A DNA stretch of 60,000 nt from Lama glama (GCA_028534125.1 CM052817.1:6698001-6758000), one strand, 5' to 3'; numbered from the stretch's first letter, positions 25,147 through 38,764 are shown. Notes: generated by a model from the sequence alone, not told the origin. Numbers and translations are program-made.

Positions 25147-27728
25147 CTTTTTTTTAACAGTTCTATTGAAATGTAATGAACATAGCATACAATTCACCTA
25201 TTTAAAGTTTATTATTCAAAGTGTTTTAATATATTCACAGCACTGGGCAACCATTACCACAATCTAATTTTGGAACGTTTTTGTCCCTTCTAAAAGAGAT
25301 CCTATACCCATTAAGGGTCATTTACCATTTTCTCCTCCTCAGCACTAGACAACCATTAATGTACTTTCCATCTTTTTAGTTCGGGCATTTCATAGAAATC
25401 GAATAATCCAATATACGGTATTTGGTGACTGCTTTCACTTAGCAAAATTCTTCCAAGGTTCATCTATGCTGTAGCATGTATTAGCCCATTGTTTCTTTTC
25501 ATTGCCACATACCATTTTACTAAACAAATATAACACCTTTTACTTACCCATGCAACAGCTGATGGACATTCAGGTTGTTTCTAATTTGGGGCTATCATGA
25601 ATAATACTGCTGCTACGAACATTTGTGCATTTGTGCAGCTATCTGTTTTCTTCTCTTGGGTCTAAATCTAGGAGGGGATTGCTGGGTCATATATAACTAT
25701 GTGTACCGTTTTGAAGAACTACCAAATGTATTTTACAGTGGCTGCACCATTTTACATTCCCAACAGCAACGTATGAGGGTTCCAGTTCCTCCACATCCTT
25801 ACCAACACTTGTTAACACATCTTTTTGACTGTAGTTAGCCTATTGGTGTGAAGTGGTATCTATTGCTTTGATGTGCATCTTTAATAACTGTTGACCTAGA
25901 GCAAAAAGACTGTCAGTTATTTCCCAAGCAAAAATGTGATTACTCAGGATCAGCAAAGAATTCCAATGTGGGACCTGCAACCACAGGGAGCCACGTGCAA
26001 GTCTGTGCCACTGGGAGAGGAAAACTCATTTAAAGAAGGAAAAAGGAAGTTGAGAGGATTATTGTAAACAAAAAGTGCACTGGAGGAATTGCAAGCTTGA
26101 AGTATTGTGGCTTTTCGTTGGCTGAGTTGTGACAGTCTTTTATTGGCTGAGCTCTTCCCAAGCAAGAAAAGAAAGTCTTTCTTCTTCCCGTTGGACCTCG
26201 CTATCATAGCAGCACATGAGAGCTCCCACCTCTGGCCTTTCAACTCTATTTTAACTAAAGTTTCTGTTTAGTCATTTTTCGTAACATAATGTAAATAATA
26301 TTTTCATGTAGTTTATTGGATATTTGTATATATTCTTTGGAAAAATAACTACTCATATCCATTCCCATTTTTAAATTACTTTATTTTTCTTTTACCTAAT
26401 GAGTTTTAGGAGTCTTTTATATGTTCTATTTAAGAGTCCCTTATCAGATACGATTTGTAAATATTATCTCCCATCCTGTGGGTTGACTTTTCACTTCTTG
26501 TTGGTATGGTTTGCATTACAAAAGCCTTTAATTTTGATGATACTAAATTTAATTTTTTAATTTATTGCACTTGCATAGTACCTAAAAAAAATAACATAGC
26601 TTAACTAAGTCACAAAGCGTTACGTTTTTATTTTATTCTAATAATTTTATGGTTGTTGCTTTTTTCATTTAGGCTTATAATAAATTTTATGTTAATTTTA
26701 ATGTGTGTTGTGAGGTAGGAATCTAACTTTATTCCCTTGCATGTGTCTAAGAACCATCTGTTGAAAAACCTATTCTTTCTCCATTAAATTTTTCCATACC
26801 TTTGTTGAAAATCAGTTGAATATAAATGTAAGGGCTTATTTCTGGACTCTCAATTTGGCTCCATTGACCTATATGTTTATCCTATGCCGCAGTACACGTT
26901 GTAGATTACTTTAGCTTTGTATTAAGTTTCTAAATAAGGAATTATTAATCCTCCAACTTCTTTTTTTTAAGTTTGCTCTTCCTAGTCTTACTATCCTGCA
27001 ATTTCACATGAACTGCAGGGTAGACTTGTCAATTTCTGCAGAAAACAGAACAAAACAAAAACAAAGCAGCTGGGGTTTTGATAGGAATTGCATTCAATAT
27101 GTAGACCAATATGGGAGCATTGCCATTTTAACAATATTGCCTTCCACTCCGTGACAATGGATGTCCTTCCATTGATTTAAATATTCTTTAATTTCGTTCA
27201 ATGATTTTTCATCGTTGTCGGTACCCAAGTCTTGCATCTAATGTTAAATGTGCACCTAAGTGTTTTATTCTATTTGATGCTAGCTGTTTTCTTAATTTTG
27301 TTTTTGGAAAACCTGTCGTTAACGTGTAGAAAATACAATTAATGTACGTATACTAATCTTGTACCACGCAGCTTTTGTGATCTCATTTATTAGTTCTTGT
27401 TGTTTTTAGCAATTTTGTAGGGTTTTCCATACACAAGATTATGTCACCTGTAAATAGAGGTAGTCTTAATTCTTCCTTTCCAATTTGGGTGCATGCTTTT
27501 TATATTCTTGTCTAATTACTCAGGCTATAACTTCTTGTATGATATTGAACAAAAGTGATGAAAGTAGACTTATTTCTTTTTGTCTTGTTTCTGATCTCAA
27601 GGGGAAAACATTCAGTCTCTCACCATTAAATATAATGTCAGCTGTGGGTTTTTCTTAGATGCCATTTAGCAAATTGAGTAAGTTCCCTTCTATTTCTATT
27701 TGTCAAGTATTTTTATTAAGAAAAGATA
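25147..27728 (-). mobile_element. L1MB-type LINE (3' UTR plus ORF2 3' part, decayed), interrupted by an LTR
   Basis: T-tract; catacaattcacctatttaaag; gctgcaccattttacattcccaacagcaacgtatgagggttcc; ttttgataggaattgcattcaat; ggggaaaacattcagtctctcacc. Confidence 0.92.
25889..26286 (-). mobile_element. Solo LTR, probably ERV1 class, 398 bp
   Basis: tgttgac...gtaaca termini; flanks taac/taat; L1 sequence is continuous across it; internal ttggctgag repeats. Confidence 0.75.
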
Positions 27729-27784
27729 TCTAATTGCTCACCATCCATAACAAACAAACAATAACATTTTTGTTGTAGTCACTT

Positions 27785-28361
27785 AATTTTTTCCAGTTTT
27801 ATTGAGTTACAATTGACATACACCTCTGTATAAATTTAAGGTGTACAGCATAATTTGACTTACATACACCATGAAATGTCTATCACAATAAGTTTAGTGA
27901 ACATCCAGCATCTGAAATAGATACAAAATTAAAGAAATAGAAAAAAGGTAGATGTTTTTCCCTTGTGATGAAAACTCCTAGGATTTACTCTCTCAAGAAC
28001 CTTCATATGTAACAAGCAGCAGTGCTAATTATATTTATCATTTTGTACATTACATCCCTAGCACTCGTAATTGGAATTTTGTTCCTTCTGATCACCTTCG
28101 TCCGATTCCCTTTTCCTCTATTCTCACTTCTAGTAGCTACAAATCTGATCTCTTTTCTATGAGGTTTTTTTGTTTGTTTCTGAAGTATAATTGACCTACA
28201 ACACTGTGTTAATTTCTGTGATACAACATAGAGATTCCGTGTTTCTATTTATTTCAAAATGATCACCACAATCAGTCTAATTATCACCTGTCACCATACA
28301 AAAATATTACGTAATTATTAACTATATTCCTCACAGTGTGCATTTCATACGTGGGACTCAA
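27785..28361 (-). mobile_element. L1MA9-related L1 3' end with 9-bp TSD
   Basis: tttattgagttacaattgacataca...aaggtgtacagcata; TSD tagtcactt at 27776-27784 and 28362-28370. Confidence 0.85.
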
Positions 28362-28399
28362 TAGTCACTTTGTATTAAAAAATTTTTAGTGTAAGTCAT

Positions 28400-28950
28400 C
28401 CTGATAATTATTTTAACAAATACCATTTATGTCCCTTAATTTTCATATCATGAGTTTGTTGCATGTTCCCCCACCCATGTCTGTATATTTTTACATTATC
28501 TGTACATGTGCATAATCCATAGTGTTGTTTACCTGTGTTTTAATGTTTGTAATATGGCATATCATTGCCTACAACAATTTATATTTTTACCCATCATTAT
28601 ATATTTTTAATATGAAGATTAGGCTGATGCAAAGAGTGATTATTTTATTTAAGTGCTGCATAGTTTTCTCACATGAATAGTCTTTATTTTATTTATTCAT
28701 ATCATTATTGATGGACATTCAGATTTTATTCTTGACTTATTTCTTTATGAGCAATTACTGCTGTGAGATTGGTGCACATGTCATTTTATACATATGAGCT
28801 TGAGTTTCTAGAGAACATACATGGAAGTGGAAAAGTGAAATGTTGAAGCTTGTGTATTTTCAAATTTACTAAATATTACCAGATTATTCTCAAAAGTATA
28901 ACAATTTGCCCTTTGAATGACAATGGCCTTTTCGTGCATCTTTACCTGCA
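28400..28950 (-). mobile_element. L1ME-type fragment
   Basis: ttgatggacattcagatt, tttcaaatttactaaatattaccagattattctcaaaag. Confidence 0.7.
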
Positions 28951-28999
28951 GGAATTGCAGGACTGACATCTGTGCCTTTGAGGTGATCACAGGCTAGAG

Positions 29000-29202
29000 C
29001 AGCTCTGCCCATTGGAAATTTCTGGGATGAGGGAGCTGTTCTTAATCTACACTGTCAAGACAGTAGGCAGTAGTCACACATGACACTGAGCAGTGGAAAT
29101 GTGGTGAGCGTAACTGAGGAGCAGCATCCTGAGTTGAATTGAAATTTAATTTTAAATGTATACAGCCACATGAAACTGGGGGAACCAGACTGGACAGCAG
29201 AA
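29000..29202. mobile_element. MER3 (hAT-Charlie)
   Basis: cagctctgccc...tagtcacacatg...gaaatgtgg...agccacatg...tggacagc; flanks ggctagag and atctagat fit the Charlie NTCTAGAN target. Confidence 0.8.
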
Positions 29203-30239
29203 ATCTAGATGGCGAGAAGAGATCTTCCAACACCAGTAGCGTCTGACAAGTGTCGACGGGGAGAGGCACGTTGAATACTACAAATGCTCAGAGGAAGGAG
29301 AGACCACTGTAGGGGAGTCGGGGGTAACCTGGGAAGGCAAGGTTTGAATTAGCAGTAAGATTTGTGTTGGGGGAGAAGTCTGGGCAAACCAGTCTGTTAT
29401 TAGCCTAAAGTGTCACTAAAAGTGACAATTATGGTAACTCTATACAAAATGGGTAACAATTTTCGATGTAATGTCAAGTGAAAAAATAAAAATAAAAATT
29501 AGTTGTGATACAATACTTCTAAGATGTTTAATGTAGACAAGAATTAAAAATATATATGTATACATATGTATGAGTGCGTTAAAATGGAAACTTTAAAAAT
29601 CATTGCTTAATTTTTCAAACTGTCTTACTTTATAATATCTTCTTCCTTTTTAAAAATTGGTAGATTCTGTGAATTTATAAGAACAGATAATTTAATGAAC
29701 AATTAAGAACCAGATTTATCCGTAGTTATAAGGTAATTTTCTTCGGTTGAAAAAGTCCAAACATAATCTTGACTTGAATAGCAGAATTTCTGAATGCAGA
29801 AACAAATAGAGAAAGATTGCTAAAAATTCCTGACTCTGTGTATCCTTCAGCAAAACCTTATTATGGCACATTATGGATTGATTATTCTCAACTACCTGCT
29901 GTGATCTTAGTCAATATAAAGCGTGAATTGTTTAGGAAGAAGGTTTTGTTCTTTCTTATAGGAACACAAGGCAGCCACTAGCTCTCTCCCAAGTAAAAAA
30001 AAAAGAAAAAAAAACTGAACTCTCCCCCCTCCAAAAAAAAAAAAAACCCCAAAATCTGATAGAAAACATGCACGTTAAGATTTTTAATTTAATTGTTCCC
30101 TTCTCTTTGGTCTTTGCATAGTCAAAGGGAAGGGGAGATTTGGCACATCGTACCAAGTGGTTTGAGGAAAAATATTTAATTCCTTGACGATTTGGGGCAC
30201 CCAGCTATTGTTTTGGTTAGTCAAAAAAAAGGAGAACGG

Positions 30240-30690
30240 ATTTTTTTCAATGAAAAATCTCAAACTTGCAGAAAAATTGTCAACGTAGAAGAAAGAACTG
30301 ACGCGGCGTCTGCCCGAGTTCTGTTGGTATGTATTTCCCCTAAACAAGAATATTCTTCTACATAAACGACAATAACGTCATTGAAATCAGGAAAGCAACC
30401 TTGATACATTATTACAATCTAATCTTCAAATTCCATTGCAGTTTTCCAAACGTTCCAATAATGTCCTTTGTAAGTGAAAGGGTATGATTCAGAATCTCAC
30501 GTTGCCCCTGGAACAAGTTATTCTTTCCTCAAAGTTCATGCTCTTGACGCTTTTGAAGATTGCAGGCCAGTTATTCTTACACTCTGTCTCGATTTGGATT
30601 ATCTAATATGGCCTCATGTTTAGTTTCACATTATACATTTTTAGCAGGAGTATCTCAGAATTGATGTTGTGTTCTCCTCACTGCATCTGG
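30240..30690 (-). mobile_element. L1MC-type 3' UTR
   Basis: caaacttgcagaaaaattg, aacaagaatattcttctacataa, aaatcaggaaa, ttttgaagattgcaggccagttatt. Confidence 0.8.
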
Positions 30691-30696
30691 AAGGCT

Positions 30697-31165
30697 TGTG
30701 TCCTGCACGATGGCTCCAGAGAGTTCTTGCCCCGTCATGCTGTTCTTACAGCGTGCTGTAGACTCCCCTCCTACTGAGAGGGGGATCTGTGGTTCTCTTC
30801 CCTTGATACAGGGCTCCTGTGACCAGGAAGGGACTGATACAATGTATCATGAAAGCAAGGTAGCTTTCTGCTGGTGCTTTTGGGATGCTCACCCTTGGAA
30901 CTCAGTCTCCATGCCCTGGGGAAGCAGAGAGGCCGTACGAAGTGGCCATGAGCAGGTATTCGGTCTGAAAGCCACAGGTGAGATGCCAGCTGACAGCGAG
31001 CATTAACTCCCAAGGTCTCATTAATGTCCTTTACATGTGAGTAAATCTTCAGCTGATTCCAGCCTTCAGCCATTGGATCATCTCCAGCCTTCGTTTTTTC
31101 TCTTCTGGGGCTTTAGACCTCATGAAACTGAGACAAGTCATTGCTCCAGAGCTCAGCTCTGGGCC
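30697..31165 (+). mobile_element. MLT1G/H-like MaLR LTR, 3'-truncated
   Basis: gggatgctcacccttggaactcag, ccagctgacagcgagcattaact, tgattccagcc, gagacaagtc. Confidence 0.75.
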
Positions 31166-32534
31166 GTCATGGCTCTCCCAAGTGGGTCTGGATGCCAGTG
31201 CCATTCTGTCCCACCTCATGGCTTCCGGAGTGAATTGTTTGGGAAGGAAAGAGGAGGGAAGAAGAAGAGCAATAAGATTAGGGAGCTGAGAAATCATAGT
31301 CATATTCTGGTGTTGTCATCTATAAGCAGTCATCTTTGGCTTCCTGCTGAACCAGACTCTCAGTGTCCTTCCCTGTGAAGTGTGGGTGATGGTGAAGGTA
31401 CCTCTCTCTTGATACTGCTGTGAATACTGCAAGCTAATATCTGCCCACTCCTCCTACCTTCCCACCCACCTGACACAGATTAGCCTGTTCCTAGACAGCA
31501 GGAAGTTTGTACTTACTTTTAATACCTACTGTGTGCTTAGTTCATAGTAAGCATTCCATAAATATCATATAATGAACGAGTCAGTAGTACTAAAAATCTT
31601 TATAAACTGTAAAACACTGTAGGAGTGACAGCTAGGACTAAGGACAAAGATTTCTAACCCTCTGAAATAGTTATTTATTTATATATATATAAACTATTTT
31701 TGAAACTTAACTTCTCATACAATCCCTGGCACATGCTAGGTGCTCAATAAATGTGAATAATCAGATAAATGTGTGTAGGGATGGATGAACGGATGAATAA
31801 GTCAATGATCAGTAGATGTTTATAAAAGGAGATATTCTGGTCTGATTTAATTTTTGCACCTTGTACAGATGGGAACCCCGGAGGGTTTCATGTGAATTAC
31901 ATGAGGGAGGGGCTTGGCCAGCCACACAGTACAGAGCTGATGAGAGATTTGCCAGTTCCTCAGCTGAGTGGGTTGTTTGGATGTCATAAACGGAGAGTTT
32001 AGATTCAGAACTTTTATCTAGTATAAGAAAGAAAATGTGATTATTATACTGGTAATTTGTGCAACTGTTTTGCATTGTACTACAGGATAAAGTCCAAATT
32101 TCCAAGGATGGTATTCCAGGGGCTTTCCCATCTGGCTGCAACCTATATCTCCAGCTTCATCGGGCATTTCCTATCATCTCCCTTCCCCTCTATTTTATAT
32201 ATGATTATGAGTTGAATATTCATCTTTTCTTGGCAGTTGTCTTCTGTTGCAAAGTAGAATTAATAACTTCCCTGAACCTCTCATTGCTGAGACTCAAATG
32301 ATACAGAGCTTAACCATCAGTAAGTGTAATTTCATCTATGAAATAGTTAGTGATTATCTAATTCATGCCATAAACTGCCAAAGGCACCAGGGATGAACAT
32401 CCCGTAACCCTCATCCTCACAGTGAAGTGAGAAACAAAAGCATTAGAAAGGTCATGCCCAATGAAACATTGTACGTGCTACAACCTGCATTGTCGGTGTT
32501 GTTGGCACACAGCTGGGTGTTATTACTTTTTATG

Positions 32535-34370
32535 CAACAAATGTTTATTGAGCCCCTACTACGAGCTAATCTAGTTGTTGACGTAAACATAGTTGAAAAG
32601 GTATGATGTCTGATTTTTCATAGAACTTACTTATTTTAGTGAAGTTCGTAGGCAATAAATAATCAAATAGATAAATAATGTAATTACACTTGGCGATGAA
32701 CGCCGTGAAGAAAAATAAAGGAGAGTAAAGGGATGGAGACTAACGGGAGGTGGGGACCAGTTTGCTTCTCTTAGGAAAGAAGGGCTTCTTCGAGGAGGAA
32801 ACCTTTGACAATCAGAGATTTGCAAACAATGGCTCACAGACTTGTAAACAATAAGGAGGAGATGGAGAGAAGAGGGAGTTATCATGTCTTGAGGCAGGAA
32901 TGTGTTCGTGAATTACCGGAACAGCAATATGTTCAGTCATCCTCATGAGTGGGGCATGCGGCACGAAATGGAGCTGGAGATACCAGCAGGGTCCTGACCA
33001 TATAAGATCTTATTCGTACTAACAGAGCTTAAATTTTGTTTATGATGTTACTAAGTATTTTTTATTAGAGTTCTTAGTAGGGGGGTGACATAATTAATTT
33101 ATATATTAAAATGAAAATATGGGAGAATAGTTGATTTGCAATGTTGTATTAGTTTCAGATGTGTAGTAAAGTGATTCAGATATATCAGATACACACACAC
33201 ACACACACAGATATATATTCTTTTTCAGATTCTTTTCCATCATAGATTATTACAATATATTGAATACAGTTCGCTGTGCTATACAGTAGGTCCTTGTGAT
33301 TTATCTAATAGTGATGTATATCTGTTAATCCCAAACTCCTAATTTACCCCTCCCTTCCTCCTTTCCTTTTTGGTAAGCATAAGTTTATCTTCTGTGTCTG
33401 TGAGTCTATTTCTGTTTTGTAAATGAGTTCATTTGTATTTTTTTTTAGAATCCACATATCAATGATGTCATATGTTATTTATCTTTCCCTGTCTCACTTG
33501 CTTCACTTAGTATGATGATCTCTAGGTACGTCCATGTTGCTGCAAATGGCATTATTTATTATACTTATATGGCTGAATAATATCACAATGTATGGAGTGT
33601 TCTTTTTCCATTCATCTGTCAATGGACATTTAGCTTCTTTTATGGAACACTGTAAATCAACTATACTTCAATAAACATAATAAAAGCAAGAATAAAAACA
33701 AATATAAACAGAAGGGGAGCAAGAATGAAGAACGTTGCATTGTCCAAAGAGAGCTTGAACGAGTCAGTCATGGTGGAGCTGAGAAACAGTCAAACTCACA
33801 ACGCATCTTGAAAGTAACTGGAGAGACTTGTTATTTGATTGGATGTGAGAGTTAAGACAAGGTTTTTGACCTGGTCCATCGGTTATTAGGTATGTAGTTG
33901 GATATACGAGTCTGGAACTTGGGAAGCGGTCAAGGCTGAAGATATTAATATGAGAGTTGTGGGTACATATATGATACATAAAACTGTGGGCTTGCTTACT
34001 TGGGAAGAGTGTATGGTTAGAGGAGGGATGAGGGACAAAGGGCCAAGTCCGGAATACACCAGTATTTTCAGGTGACAGAGAATGGGCAGACAGCAAAGGA
34101 GTCTGCAGAGAACAGACTGGCTTCTCAGAACACGGGAGACAATCAAGAGACTGTGCTTTCCTGAGCATCAAGTAAGAACGCATTTCAAGAAAGACGAACA
34201 GATGTGTCACTTTGTCCTGAGATCCTAAAATGGGGATTGATTTGGAATCGTTGGCTCTGCTAGCCTGGGTCACTCTGACAACTACCATATCATTGCAGTG
34301 GTGAGAACAAAATCCTCACTGCAGTGGGTTCAAAACAGAGTAGAAGGTGAGGAAGAAATGAAAGTGAGGC
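32535..34370 (-). mobile_element. L2 LINE, about 1.2 kb, with nested L1 at 33121-33700
   Basis: caacaaatgtttattgagcccctact, tgaggcaggaatgtgtt, ggtatgtagttggatatacgagtctggaac, gcagtgggttcaaaa. Confidence 0.88.
33121..33700. mobile_element. Artiodactyl L1 3' UTR with inversion (minus 33121-33640, plus terminus 33646-33700)
   Basis: atagttgatttgcaatgttg...ctgtgctatacagtaggtccttg, then aacactgtaaatcaactatacttcaataaa and an A-rich tail. Confidence 0.88.
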
Positions 34371-34599
34371 CAGACAAGTGACTCCCTACCTCAGGTCATT
34401 GGATCCCTCATCAGCTGTACTAAAATCAGCGAAAATGGTGATCTGAGGAATGATGGAGAGAGAGATGATGACTGAGTGTCAAGTCTTCAGTGAGTGAAGA
34501 AGGATGACTGGATTGTGGCTGATGACTTCCACAAAGGGACGTAGGGTGGATATAATCCGAGGACATGTATTTTAGTGGGGTTCTCGTGGATTTATTGAC

Positions 34600-35050
34600 A
34601 GACGGGAGAAATGGTATCTTGCAGCAGCATGAGAAGCAAAAAGAGAATCTATGCCAACTTTGTGCCCTGCAGTACAAGGGGCTGTAGGAGAAAAAGAGCC
34701 ACTGCTTTTGTGAGCTTCAAGGGAGACTCAGGACAATGGACCAAAGGGCCCATGAATCAGGGGCAGCCAGGGAGGGCTTCATGGAGGAGGTGATACTTGG
34801 AGTGAACAGTGACGTGTGAATAGGGGCTTGTCAGGCAGGTGGCAAGGGAAGAACACTTCATGAAAAGAAAAGCATATGAATAACCTCAGGGCGCAGAGAC
34901 AGCGGACAGTGTTTAGGACCATCAGCAATTTAATATGTGTAGAAAATTAACTAATATAAAAACACACACGAGGAATGGAATGTAGGATACGCAGCAGCTC
35001 AGGTAGCCAAGAGGCCTTTAAACACACTTTGGGGAACTTTGCGACTATAA
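34600..35050 (-). mobile_element. L2 fragment
   Basis: cagggagggcttcatggaggaggtgatacttg. Confidence 0.65.
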
Positions 35051-35139
35051 AGTGGTTATTTTTTTTTTTGTATGACTCATACAAAAATGCTAGATGCTAA
35101 ATAATTTTTTTAATAAGTCAGTAAATACATCCAGCTAAT

Positions 35140-35362
35140 ATGAATCTAGGGCACACTATATGTTAGATTCTAGGTTACATGCACACACTGACACATTTGC
35201 TTCTAACACCAAGTCCAGGGTAGGTGGTACCAGTGCCCTGATTTTACAGGTGAAGAGACAGACATAGAGACAGCACTTGTCTTGCTTCAGGTTAAATCGT
35301 GGACTCGGACTTTAAACTCAGTAATTCCAACTCGAGCGCCAGACTTTGACTACATTACTGTC
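35140..35362 (-). mobile_element. MIR SINE
   Basis: attttacaggtgaagagacaga...ggactttaaactcag. Confidence 0.7.
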
Positions 35363-35502
35363 TGAATGAATCACTATGGATGAATTATAAAATCAAACTA
35401 GGAATGAAGAGATCTGGGTCCTAATCTTAGATCTTTTACTCACAAGTGTGAGGGTAATACTTGTCCCCTTGAGAATTCTGTAAGTGAACGCATTTACACT
35501 AG

Positions 35503-35720
35503 ACTGGCATTTCCAGTACTTGTTCTGTGGAACAGGAATATTAAACCCTTGAGACGCTACCAGGTCTTCATTGAAAACTACTTCAAAGTCAAATAAGTTA
35601 GAGACAGAGCATTCTCTGTCCCATTCTTGGATAGGGACAGTGTGCCTTAGGATGCTAAAGGCTCTGGCAAGGTCTGCTGCAAAGAAGCCAGTTCACGTTT
35701 AATCCAGCGCTAGCCAAACA
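35503..35720. mobile_element. MER103C-like hAT element
   Basis: tgttctgtggaaca, gtcaaataagtt, taaaggctctg...tgcaaagaagcc...tttaatccagcg. Confidence 0.65.
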
Positions 35721-36168
35721 TACATGTCTTGGTCATTTATCATTAGGGGAATCAATGGCCAAATCAACAGAAACAAACTAAGGACTGACACTGTGATCTG
35801 TGTGAGGCACTCGTAGGAGTGCAGCAAGGTGAGAAATAAAAAAGAAACGCCCTTGAATTCAGAGGGGAAAGAAACTAACAAAAGCTTAGAAGTTGCTGTT
35901 TCATATCAGACACCTTACAAATGCTGCCTTACTTCATCCGCCTGTCAAACTAGTTGATAAATGTTCTTATCTTTATTTAAAAACAGGCTCAGAGAGGTCA
36001 TGGGGTGTGTCTGAAGTCATCTATCTCCCAGAGTGGTAGAGAGGACATCGTAACATGCGACTGCTGGCTGCAAAAGCCATGCTTTGACCACTATAACATG
36101 GTGTTTCTCCACACGTGGTCATGGGGACAATATTCATAATTACAGTAATAACTCTCTGTTATATAAAC

Positions 36169-36379
36169 CAGAGATCAGCAATCTTTCTCTACAAAGAGCC
36201 AGATGGCAAATATTTCAGACACAAGCTCTCTGTTGCAGCTACTGACCTCTGCCCTGGCGGTACTTAGACAGCCGAGGAAAAATGTAAATGGCTGGGCGGG
36301 GCTGGGTCCCGGAACCCTTCCTTTATGCAAACAGGTGGCCAGTTGGGTTTGGCCTGCCGGCTGTAGTTAGCTGACCTGC
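36169..36379. mobile_element. MER58A (hAT-Charlie), flanked by minus-strand MIR fragments
   Basis: cagagatcagcaa...agccagatggcaaatattt...ctctgttgcagctact...aaacaggtggcca...tttggcc...ggctgtagtt. Confidence 0.85.
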
Positions 36380-37227
36380 GTCATGCAATGTTTGCAGTTT
36401 GTAGTGCTCTCCCGCGTTTGGTCTACACAAGCTTCCCAGGGTTGTGCAAACAAGGCTCTGTGATTCTGTTTCACAGATTAAGTGACCAGAGCTCAGGGAG
36501 GGAACGACTTGTCCACGTTGACAAAGTTGCTGGAGCAGCTTACACTGTCAGTGGACACTTGGAGAACAAAGTTACACATATACACCACTCATTACTCAGT
36601 GGATTCCCTGAGGTCAATGGTCCCATCTTTTCATGTTTGTGCGACAAAGGGCCTGGATGTAACGGGTATAAAATAGTTGAGAGGACAGAAGGTTAATAAA
36701 AGCACTTTTATTAATGGGAGAATATTCCAGTCCCTTCACTCAAAGAATATATTACTTTGATGTGGACGTTTAACATACATAGTAACGTTTCCTAGGGGGG
36801 TGTAAGTTATGTGTGGGGGCGGTGGAGGCGTCTGTATTAGAGTAAGGAGGGTGGTGTTATGGCAGTAAATTAAGAATACACAGAGCCTCATATTGATGGA
36901 GAAGACAGAGAATAAAAATTGTAAGCACCAGAGATAAGAACAAAAAACCCTAACAATATAGGGCCATTCAGGACAAATACAAATTAACCATCTACTTCAG
37001 ACAGCCCTGTCCTTTTTAATGTTCATAACCACTACCTTCCTCCAAGATTTACATTATGCTTCACTTACGCTGTTTAGGAGGCGATCAATACATTTAGAAA
37101 GAATTGCACTGAATATGTTTGTTATGATTAACACTCATGTTGAAAATAAACTCACTCTCATGTTTACGTGATTGCGCTCTGGTGGGAGGTACTCTTGGAC
37201 TTTGAGCTGAAGCTTCTGGGGTCTGCC

Positions 37228-37558
37228 CCGCACTGTCCGATGGGGAAGCCACGAGCCACGCGTGGCTGCTGGGAACTTGAAATGTAGCCAGTTCAGATGC
37301 GATGTCCTAGAAGGATAAAACACATAATGGATTTTGAAGACTTAGTACAAAGAAAGTAAAATATCTTATTTATAATTTTTGTATGGGTTAAATGTTGAAA
37401 TGATGATACTTTAAGTCTCTTAGATTTTTAAAATCTGTTTCTTTTTTTATTTTATCTTCTTTTTCTTTTTTCTTTTTCTTTTTCATTTTTTTTTAATGTG
37501 TCTGCAAGTAAATTTAAACCCACAGGTATGGTTTGCATTATATTTCTATTGGCTGATG
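37228..37558. mobile_element. MER33 (hAT-Charlie) with internal T-rich expansion
   Basis: gcactgtcc...agccac...acttgaaatgt...ttgaagacttagtac...atgttgaaatgat...gcattatatttctattgg. Confidence 0.85.
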
Positions 37559-38764
37559 GGGGTCTCGACAAATTGCTACTTGAAGGCATTTACAGTCTTA
37601 CTGGGGAAAGGATATTTACTATATGAAAAAGTTGGTGAATGTGGCCGTGCATCGCCATACACCAAACTACATGTAGTGTTTCTTGAGACAAGGCAGTGCT
37701 TTTTTGATCTTGTTTTCTTTTTAACTAGAAGACATTTTCAACCTATTGAAGGTCAGGATACCAGAGCACTGGACAGTGTATTTTTTGTTTTGTTTTGATT
37801 TTTTTGCCAAATCTTTCAAGTTTCTTCTTCCTTTCCAAGCAGAAAGCCAATATTATTCCCCTTTCTTCCCAATGTACTCTTAGGATAGTAATAAAAACAA
37901 TTGTAATGATATAAAATACTTTAAAAATGCCTAAGAATTACTTATCACTGGAGAAAATGCTTGACCTTCCATGTCTCATTACAAATGAAAATTGTTAGCA
38001 CCTCTATTAGAAGTCTTAACTCCTTGGGACTTGTTCTAAGATATAGAAGGTTTCGCAAATAACTATGGTGATTAGGTAATATTTGTTGGATAGAGACATC
38101 AATGAATACTGCACATAAACAGTGCTTCTCAGACCTGGAGGTATGTACAGTGGAATGAGGTGGAGAGGGAGATTTGCTCAGCAACCTGCCTTGGGGATGC
38201 AGGTTCAAGGTCAAAGCATACCGCACCTTCCCATAAAGCATACATTTTACTTAATGGTAAGATAATTTAACCCCATTTTCATATCAAAGTATACGTGGAA
38301 GTATTGTGGGGAAGACTTAAAATCTCATGAATTTTTATGACAGAACAGGTAAAGGACTTCAAAGGAATGCCATCCTCGCTGCAGACTTTTCAAGGCTGAA
38401 TTCTCAGCCTCTGACACCTTCACTCCTCGCCCACCAGCGGGTTCCTGTCTATGCTTCAGTGGGCGAGTCCTCCCCGAGCTGCTCAAAGGAAGACACCAGC
38501 ATCCTCGTTGATGTAGAACCCACCGGCGGCCCACACTACATGGGACACCAGGGCTCCTGCCATGTTACCCGGCACTCCAAGGGGCTCATCAAAGCAGCAG
38601 TAACCACAGGCCTTTCTTTGGGACAGAGAATTTTCTACCTTTCTGCTGTTAAGATCATGGTGATGTTGCGACATCAAACCCTGAACCTCCAGGACTGACA
38701 GTTACTCTTCTCAAAATTCTCACATTCTCCTCCGGGGCCTTGCCATCTCCTTTGGCAGCACCAA

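Noticed and set aside
33764..34288. 174-aa minus-strand ORF
   Set aside because: It lies entirely within an L2 remnant.
38540..38565. MAGALV resembling the MPC1 N-terminus
   Set aside because: The match ends after six residues, so no pseudogene is called.
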